NCBI GenBank assembly: GCA_963558245.1
Contig: CAUWGA010000003.1
Span: 1,709 to 65,708 of the forward strand
DNA from: an uncultured Clostridia bacterium
GTDB taxonomy: Bacteria; Bacillota; Clostridia; TANB77; CAG-508
Length of the DNA stretch: 64,000 nt
Direction: 5' to 3'
Shown: positions 56,830 through 64,000 of the stretch, one piece after another
Position numbering within the stretch: the first letter of the stretch is position 1
How the letters are laid out: every line of letters starts with the position of its first letter
Notes under the pieces: generated by a model
The model's database searches: none
Seen by the model: only the letters and a program-made list of their open reading frames with translations
Told to the model about the DNA's origin: nothing
Program-made: the position numbers and the translations under genes

Positions 56830-59800
56830 TTATTTTATTAGTACTTCTTTTTTTATAAAATATGCACCTACTCCAATTATCACTATAATAATTATTATTA
56901 ATGAAATATACAGGATAGGCGCCCCTGTTTTTACTGATATAATAAGCTCTGCCATACTTATATCATCTTCTCCATTTTTCCTATTTCCTGGTGTTGAGTC
57001 AATATCTTCTAACGAATAGCTATTACTTACTTTATTTAATTCAGCTATATTACGAATTGTCCCTGTATTTTCTCCATTCATAGTTTTTACTAATGTTAAG
57101 GATAACTCTTTTGTTTCTCCTGGATTTATTATTTGGTTTGATAATGCTTTTGAATATAATTCTCCATTTGTTGATTGATACCAGTTTTTATTCATTTCAG
57201 AAGAAAATTCTAAATCTTGTGGTTTTTCATCAACAAGTTCATTTACATATCCTCCAACTTCACCTTCATTTGTAACTTCTAGCTTGTATTCAACTATAAC
57301 ATTTGTATTTACTATTTTTTTAGCATCTAATTCTATTTTTGCTAATTGTGTATTGTCATATTGTTTTACAGTAGTTCCTGATTTATCTTGAATAATTACT
57401 TTACTTATATATTTGTCTAATTTAATGTCAAATTTCTCTCCTTGTACAAATCCTGCATCGATATTTTCTAAATTTTTATTAGATACTTCTAAAGTTTCTG
57501 TCATTGCTACTTGTCTTTCTGTTCCTCCTATAGCTATTTTGTTGGCAATTACATCTGAATTTTCTTTTTCATTTATTCCTGTTTTTTGATATTCTGTTAC
57601 TCTATAATTTTTTGCATCATATTCAAACACTACTATATATTTATTTTGTTTAATATTAGTAAATAAATATTCTCCATCATTTCCTGTTTGCGCTGTTATT
57701 TCATTTCCTGAAAAGTCTTTCGCAATTTCTCCAGTATCTGCGTTTAGTAGCATCACAGTAATTCCACTTAGTAATTTTTCTGTCGTTTCCCTTAAACCGT
57801 TTTTATTTTCATCTATCCAAGCTACTCCTGAAATATTATATGTCATTTCTGGATCTGGATTAATATCTTCTTTTCCTTCTACTTGATATGTTACTGAATC
57901 ACATAATATTTCTTGTAATAACGCATTTATTTTTATTTCATTTGTTATTTCTTTTTCAAATATTTTATCTGTATCAATCACAGTATCAATTGATAATATT
58001 AATTTTTCTTTAGCCTTTAAGTTTAAATTATAACCAATTATTTCTAATTTTTGAGTAGTACCATTTTCATTTTCTAGCGTAATCGGTACATTTTCTTCTT
58101 TTATTAACGTTTCTTTTCCATTTTCTATATCATATATCTTTGCTTTTGCACTTTGTACATCTGCTCCCATTGGTAAATAATCTGATATACTTATTTCTTT
58201 ATCTTTTGTTCCTTTATTTTCTAACTCTAATGTATATGTTAGTTTATCTCCGTTTTTTACTTTCTTTTCTTTTATACTTCCATAATGTCTTACTGTTATT
58301 TCTGATTCTGCATTATATATAATTCTATCCATTTCATTAGAATGATATATCTCATTTCCTAACACAGCATTATATATAAAATGATAACTTTTACTTTCTA
58401 TGTTTGTGTCCATAGGTTTTACATTATATCCTAGTCTTATAGAAATTACTTTACCTGCTTCAATCTTTGGAATTTTTAATTTTACTGTTCTATTTTTATA
58501 TTCTACAAATTCATAAAATCCTGCATCTGGTTCAAATAATGATTCTGTTTTAAAATCAAATCCTTCTGGAACTGGTAAATTTAATATAATATTTTCTTGT
58601 GTACTTTTTGATATATTAGTAATATCTAATATAAATGGATATTCTCTATTTGTTAAAACATTATATTCTTCTTCTAACTTATTTTTCATTTGTAATTTTA
58701 ATTTTGCTTCGGCAATTGGATTAGTTGGTGTTTTTATTATCTTTTCTTCAATACCATCTCCACTAATCTTTACATTTCCTGTTGTTTCTTGAGAATTTAC
58801 TTCTATTTCTTTGACAGAAAATTGATAAGAAACTTCTATTGTTTCTCCTGGTTTTATACTTTCTATTATTTCTCGTTTTTCTTTTAATTCTGGATTTTCT
58901 TCAATTGTTGTATATTCTACACCTTGTTGTCCTGTAATAGAATCCCATCCATCTGTATGTATTTTTTTATCATAGAATATTGCATTTGTTTGATTAGCAA
59001 TTATTTTAATATTTTTTAATTCTTCATTTGAATTATTAGTTAATTTTACTATATACTTTATCCCTTGTCCTTCATATACTTCTTTTCCATCCCTCAGAGT
59101 TTCTCCTCCAGTTCTTCCTGCTAATTCAACGTTTAATTTTTCATTTTTCTCGCTTGCTATTATATTGTCTGATGGATTTTCTACTATTCCATCTTGATTA
59201 GTATTATCTTCTGTTTTAAATTTAAATGTAGAATTTATTTGAGTTTCATCTCCTGCATATTGATAATATACTTTAACATTTGTATATGAACTTTGAGACT
59301 TTTCTAATTTTTCTGGTATAAATAGTTTATAACTTAAATTTACTAGTTCTCCTGGTTTTATTGTTTCATTTTGGAAATCTATTTTATATGCTTTAGCTTT
59401 TGAAATATCTAATCCCTCTTTCCAATTACTACTTTCTTTTAACTCATCTGAATTTTCAGAATAGTATATTTTTACATTTTTTCCTTGTAAATTTAATCTT
59501 TCAGACATTTTCATTTCAAAAGTTGCTTTTAAAGATTCATTACTTATTTTTTCTGTTCCTATTTTCCCTAGTTTTCCAACTATTGCAATATTTGTAATAT
59601 CTGTTTCGTAATTATTTAATATTGAAAGCTCTCCTTCAACATTTTTAATTTCTGTATTACTTTCTATATTAATTTCTTTAACTTTATCATCTAGACTTTC
59701 TGTTATATCTCCATTTTCGTTGTAATTCTTTATTTTATTTAAGACTAATACTCCATATTTAGAATTCATTTTTATTGGTGTATTTGCTTCAAATTTTTCC

Positions 59801-61749
59801 CCTTTTCGGTTTTCGTTTATGTAATTCATAACAATTTTTGAATCTTTTGTTGGGGTTGTTTTTTCTATTTCTATATCTGCTGTTATAGATATTTGAATTC
59901 CTTCATTTACATTATTTATAAAGGTTTTTTGGTCTCCTTCCGCTTCTAATGATATAACTTGTTCTCCTATTTCATTAACATATTGTTTTGCTTTTACTAT
60001 TTTTATCTCATCTTGTAAATTCAATAGGTTAATATTTTTTACCTTAATATTCATTTCCTTTGAAAATACTAATTCTATTTTTGGATTTGCATATAAGTCA
60101 TATTGTTCATTATTACTTTTTAATGTTATTAATAATTGTATATTTTCATTTTTTTGTAATACTGATAGATTTTGATTGTTTATACCAACTGTTGCCTCTG
60201 TTTTAGTATCTAATAAATCAATCGCACTTTCTACTATTTCTTCTGATAAATTTGTTTTTATATGTGTATTTGTAATCATTTGTATAAATTCTTTTAATTT
60301 TTCTTTTGTGTATCCGGTGTCTCCTTCTATTGCCTTAACATTCTTAATAGTCAAAGTACCTACACTTATTGGAGCTGATGTTTCTATTACTACTCCTTTT
60401 TCTGGTGTTTCATAATTTACTACAATATCTCCATTTTCATTTTCTTGTGAAAATTTATTAATAGTGTTTAAGACTTTTCCTTCAGCATTTTTTATAGTTA
60501 TTAAACCATTTTCTCCAAATAAATTATTAATATCCTTTTTATTAATGATAGTTTGTTTGCAAATGTTCTTACCACTCACTTCAAATTTTTGTTTTCTATC
60601 ATTTACAAATTCTTCATTTGAACTTAACTGTATTTTATTTATTACATCTTTATTTGATATTTCTATTTTAGTTGTTTCTTCATATATTGTTGTTTCTTCA
60701 CTACTTGCATACATATATCCCTTGTAGATTTCTTTTGTTGATGTTTTACTTCCACTTACAATATTTCCTTTTGCAGTTAATGTAACTTTTTGTTGGTCTA
60801 CTTTTTCTTGTGTATCTTTTGTATATAATTTACTTATCATTTTTGTATTTAAAATAATATCTTCTGGTATAAATGCTGTATCTTCATAAGTATATATTAT
60901 TTTATATTGATTAATACTTGAACTCCAAATACCTTTAGATTCATTTGTTATTGTTAATATATCTTTTGTTTCGTCATATTGAATTTTTTCTTGTTCTAAT
61001 TTTGTTCCATTTAATAATACTTGTATTTCTACTGGTTTTTTACCTTGTATTTTGGGAATATTTACTGTAATTGTTTCATTTTCTCTTGGCAATTTATCTT
61101 CTTGAACTTCTGTTGTTATATTTTGTTGTAATAGTGATTTATTTTCTCCAATTTCAATATATTTACTAATTTCTTGTGATAACATAACATCTGTTTCTTG
61201 TTGCCATTTTATTTGTACTTTTACACTTCCCGAAATTTCCTTTACGGAGTTATTTTCATATTTTCCAGAAATTGATATGATATTTTCTCTATTAAAATAG
61301 TCTTCTCCAAATAATATTTGTTTTTCAAATTTTATAGGTATTTCAATTTCAATATTATTTTTAGCTACTATTGGATTTAACTCAATTTCTTTATTTTCTA
61401 TATTTATATTTTTTATTAATTCATTATTTACTTTATCTTTTAAAATTGTGAAGTTTGCATTTTCTATTTTTATTTTTGCATCATTTAATACACCTTCATT
61501 TTTTACATTTACATTTAAAATCAAGGTATCTTCTACATCTGTTGTGTTTTCTTTATAATGTTTCTTTTCTCCATTACTTTTAAAATACACATCAAATTCC
61601 ACATTTTTTTCATTTGTTGTTATTTTTTGATTTTCTAATATTTCTGACATAGCAATAACAACTTCATGTCCAACAAATATAAAATTTGTTAAAACAAAAG
61701 TTAATACTAAAAGTAATACAATTATTGTTTTTAAAATTTTCTTTTGCAT
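56830..61749 (-). CDS. Giant repetitive surface protein (about 1639 aa): many Ig-like/DUF11-like beta domains, one SdrD-B-like domain, C-terminal sorting signal
   Basis: Signal peptide MQKKILKTIIVLLLVLTFVL. SdrD-B-like block GVAWIDENKNGLRE...TGNDGEYLFTNIKQNKYIVVFEY. DUF11-like end TPGNRKNGEDDISMAELIISVKTGAPILYISLIIIIIVIIGVGAYFIKKE. Start is ATG 61749 after GGAGG. Confidence 0.7.
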   Translation of the reverse strand: MQKKILKTIIVLLLVLTFVLTNFIFVGHEVVIAMSEILENQKITTNEKNVEFDVYFKSNGEKKHYKENTTDVEDTLILNVNVKNEGVLNDAKIKIENANFTILKDKVNNELIKNINIENKEIELNPIVAKNNIEIEIPIKFEKQILFGEDYFNRENIISISGKYENNSVKEISGSVKVQIKWQQETDVMLSQEISKYIEIGENKSLLQQNITTEVQEDKLPRENETITVNIPKIQGKKPVEIQVLLNGTKLEQEKIQYDETKDILTITNESKGIWSSSINQYKIIYTYEDTAFIPEDIILNTKMISKLYTKDTQEKVDQQKVTLTAKGNIVSGSKTSTKEIYKGYMYASSEETTIYEETTKIEISNKDVINKIQLSSNEEFVNDRKQKFEVSGKNICKQTIINKKDINNLFGENGLITIKNAEGKVLNTINKFSQENENGDIVVNYETPEKGVVIETSAPISVGTLTIKNVKAIEGDTGYTKEKLKEFIQMITNTHIKTNLSEEIVESAIDLLDTKTEATVGINNQNLSVLQKNENIQLLITLKSNNEQYDLYANPKIELVFSKEMNIKVKNINLLNLQDEIKIVKAKQYVNEIGEQVISLEAEGDQKTFINNVNEGIQISITADIEIEKTTPTKDSKIVMNYINENRKGEKFEANTPIKMNSKYGVLVLNKIKNYNENGDITESLDDKVKEINIESNTEIKNVEGELSILNNYETDITNIAIVGKLGKIGTEKISNESLKATFEMKMSERLNLQGKNVKIYYSENSDELKESSNWKEGLDISKAKAYKIDFQNETIKPGELVNLSYKLFIPEKLEKSQSSYTNVKVYYQYAGDETQINSTFKFKTEDNTNQDGIVENPSDNIIASEKNEKLNVELAGRTGGETLRDGKEVYEGQGIKYIVKLTNNSNEELKNIKIIANQTNAIFYDKKIHTDGWDSITGQQGVEYTTIEENPELKEKREIIESIKPGETIEVSYQFSVKEIEVNSQETTGNVKISGDGIEEKIIKTPTNPIAEAKLKLQMKNKLEEEYNVLTNREYPFILDITNISKSTQENIILNLPVPEGFDFKTESLFEPDAGFYEFVEYKNRTVKLKIPKIEAGKVISIRLGYNVKPMDTNIESKSYHFIYNAVLGNEIYHSNEMDRIIYNAESEITVRHYGSIKEKKVKNGDKLTYTLELENKGTKDKEISISDYLPMGADVQSAKAKIYDIENGKETLIKEENVPITLENENGTTQKLEIIGYNLNLKAKEKLILSIDTVIDTDKIFEKEITNEIKINALLQEILCDSVTYQVEGKEDINPDPEMTYNISGVAWIDENKNGLRETTEKLLSGITVMLLNADTGEIAKDFSGNEITAQTGNDGEYLFTNIKQNKYIVVFEYDAKNYRVTEYQKTGINEKENSDVIANKIAIGGTERQVAMTETLEVSNKNLENIDAGFVQGEKFDIKLDKYISKVIIQDKSGTTVKQYDNTQLAKIELDAKKIVNTNVIVEYKLEVTNEGEVGGYVNELVDEKPQDLEFSSEMNKNWYQSTNGELYSKALSNQIINPGETKELSLTLVKTMNGENTGTIRNIAELNKVSNSYSLEDIDSTPGNRKNGEDDISMAELIISVKTGAPILYISLIIIIIVIIGVGAYFIKKEVLIK

Positions 61750-61834
61750 TTTTACCTCCACAAAAAATAAAGATAATTACTTAATATATATAGTAGTTTG
61801 TTTTGTTTCAAAAGGCAATATCAATAAATACCAT

Positions 61835-61872
61835 AAAAGGCAAATGTTACAAAAAGTATAACATTTGCCTTT
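61835..61872 (-). terminator. Terminator after the partial upstream surface protein gene
   Basis: 14-bp stem AAAGGCAAATGTTA / TAACATTTGCCTTT followed by TTTT on the minus strand. Confidence 0.6.
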
Positions 61873-61930
61873 AGGGATGCTTATTTCAAGCTTTTTTAAT
61901 TATTTTTTTTAAATTTAAATTACAAATTTG

Positions 61931-64000
61931 TTACAATACCTTTTTCTTAATTATTAATATTCCTACTATAAGTATTCCAAATATGCTAATGCCTAGGGTT
62001 ATATAAGGTATATAGTTTTTATTTTCTCCTGTTGGAGCTGTAATTACAACTTCTTTATGGTCGTTATCTTTCTCCGATGTACTGCTATCTGTAGGAATAT
62101 AATTTCCTGGTATAGAATTTTCAATTTTTCTATATTTTAGTTCATTTACTTCTATATCATTTCTGAAATCATAGTCTTCAGTCGTATTCGCTAATAATTT
62201 ATTTGCTATTAAATAAATTGATTTTTCGCTATCTGGTTGCATATCTTTAAATTCTTTTGTTTGAAAAATTCTATTATATTTTTTAATTTCTTTATAAGAT
62301 TCTTCAGATAAATATCCCGTATCAACTAAGTTTTCTTTAGTCACTTTTACATATTCCCACACTTTGTTTAATTCTTCTGTATTATCAAATACTAAATCAT
62401 TTGATAAATAGTCAAATAATCTAGTTACTGTTGCTAGTCTCCAGTCTTTATAATTAACTGGTATTTTTCCATAAATGTAATAATCTTTACTATTATAGTC
62501 TATTTCAGATTTTTTATTGCTTACTTTTATTTCATATTTTATCTTTATATTTGCACTTTGTAATACTTCTTCATCTAACTCTATTGATACATTTCCATCT
62601 GGTAAGAATTTAACATAATTCATTTGTTCTTTTCTTGGATCTCCTTCAACAATTACTTGTCCACTTGATAAAGATATTTTTATATGTGCAACTTCTTTAG
62701 TTATTATAAGGTCTTGTCTTGCTCTTTCTATAATACCAAAATCTATATTGTCAAAAGTCGAATTCAAATTTTGACCAAAATTGCTTGTGCCATCTACACT
62801 TTCTAATTTTATATCAAATTGTCTTGTCTCTGCTTGTATTTCTTTTAGCTTTTCTTCTTCTTTAGATGTTTCAAAATTAATAGAGCCTGAATCTGTTGTT
62901 CTTTCTTCTACAATGTCTGCTACCTTTCCATCTTCATATACACCAACTTTATCTACTGCATCTGATAGTCGTAATGAACTATTTCCTACTTCATTTCTAT
63001 ACCAGTAATCTGTCATATTTTCCGCTTCGCTTTTTTCTCCATTTCTATAAATTGTTGACTTATACTTATATGGTTTAATTTTATCTTTTTCACTACCATT
63101 TGCATCACATATTATGCTAGTATTACCATAAGTATATCTAATTAGATATTTACCTGGTATTATTCCTGTAAATGAGTATTCTCCCATTTCATTTGTTGTT
63201 GTTTGTGCTAAAGTTTCATTCTGATTTTCCTTATATAGTTTTACTATTTCTTTTGTTTTACTATCTAATATTTCTACTTTAACATTTTTAACAACATTTT
63301 CTCCTTTTATATACTTACCATCACCTTTTCTTTGTCTTTCATATCCGTTTGTATTATTTAATAAGTTTTGTATTGCTGTATCTTCCCAAATTGTTCCTTT
63401 TGTTATTCTACCTTCTTTTTTAGTTAAGTCTAAACTTACCAAATCTGTATCATCTTCATATGTAGATTTATTATTTGGTATTGTGTTTCCTGGGTTAGAA
63501 TCTTTATCTATTCCTGCATAGCTATTTTTAAATGTATTGTCTTGATATGATGAATATGATGCTATTTCTGTTACAAAATTAATTTTCTTTGTTCCTTTTA
63601 ATATCTGCGTTAACTCTGAACTTTGTACTTTTATTTGTAAGTATATGTTTTTTTGTTCTCCTGGTAAAAGTGTTTGTTTTACATCTATTTTAACTTTTTT
63701 ATAATTATTATTAAAGTTTTTATCTTGGGTATAGTTTATTTTGTTATTGCCATCATCTTTTACGTCTATTACTTCATAATCACTATCAAAATAACTTACT
63801 ATTTCGTTTACAGATGTATGTATAAATTTTGAATCATTTTTTAATGTCATTTTATAATTTAAATATACTTGTAAACTATCTGTTTTCTTTGAATTATATG
63901 AAACATCCGCTGTATACATTTCTCTTTGGTATGATTTATTTCCTTGCTCGTATTTATATGTATGTTCGTAATCATATTGATGATTGTTTTCGCTATTTCT
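61931..64000 (-). CDS. Paralog of the 1405-aa adhesin-like protein; 5' end beyond the right window edge
   Basis: The frame stays open upstream of the track ATG to position 64000: ...YEHTYKYEQGNKSYQREMYTADVSY aligns with ...YTHTYKYNQ...SASYTREIYSSDISY of the 1405-aa protein. C-terminus is VITAPTGENKNYIPYITLGISIFGILIVGILIIKKKVL. Confidence 0.7.
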   Translation of the reverse strand, partial: RNSENNHQYDYEHTYKYEQGNKSYQREMYTADVSYNSKKTDSLQVYLNYKMTLKNDSKFIHTSVNEIVSYFDSDYEVIDVKDDGNNKINYTQDKNFNNNYKKVKIDVKQTLLPGEQKNIYLQIKVQSSELTQILKGTKKINFVTEIASYSSYQDNTFKNSYAGIDKDSNPGNTIPNNKSTYEDDTDLVSLDLTKKEGRITKGTIWEDTAIQNLLNNTNGYERQRKGDGKYIKGENVVKNVKVEILDSKTKEIVKLYKENQNETLAQTTTNEMGEYSFTGIIPGKYLIRYTYGNTSIICDANGSEKDKIKPYKYKSTIYRNGEKSEAENMTDYWYRNEVGNSSLRLSDAVDKVGVYEDGKVADIVEERTTDSGSINFETSKEEEKLKEIQAETRQFDIKLESVDGTSNFGQNLNSTFDNIDFGIIERARQDLIITKEVAHIKISLSSGQVIVEGDPRKEQMNYVKFLPDGNVSIELDEEVLQSANIKIKYEIKVSNKKSEIDYNSKDYYIYGKIPVNYKDWRLATVTRLFDYLSNDLVFDNTEELNKVWEYVKVTKENLVDTGYLSEESYKEIKKYNRIFQTKEFKDMQPDSEKSIYLIANKLLANTTEDYDFRNDIEVNELKYRKIENSIPGNYIPTDSSTSEKDNDHKEVVITAPTGENKNYIPYITLGISIFGILIVGILIIKKKVL

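Overview
Very AT-rich chromosomal segment from a low-GC, spore-forming Firmicute. The Clostridia-like assignment rests on spoIIE, a Spo0E-family gene and the asd/dapB/dapA/aspartokinase block. Almost every gene is on the minus strand. The core content is trmFO, a SWIM+SNF2 helicase, asd, dapB-dapA-lysC, two M16 peptidases, rpsU, a J-domain protein, ftsH, tilS, dnaB, rplI, gdpP, rpoC-rpoB, an AI-2E transporter, xth, a YabE-like G5/3D protein, lemA-htpX, tatD, acpS and spoIIE. I found no rRNA, tRNA, CRISPR array, transposase, integrase or phage genes. Three things stand out. (1) A GTCC/GGAC-rich palindromic repeat family has five copies that sit on or within 9 nt of stop codons, alongside several other long intergenic palindromes and one candidate MITE-like module shared by the ftsH and rpoC 3' regions. 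(2) A family of modular proteins carries a type IV pilin-like N-terminus that lacks the canonical Glu5, fused to swapped cargo domains (Listeria-Bacteroides repeats, an FGE-sulfatase-like domain, Fn3/Ig-like arrays). Two of them sit directly upstream of rpoB. No pilus assembly genes are in the window. (3) A three-gene locus at the right end encodes giant wall-anchored adhesin or pilin-like proteins with a possible thioester domain and non-LPXTG sorting motifs, with no sortase in view. All domain calls come from motifs read by eye in the supplied translations. No database search was run.
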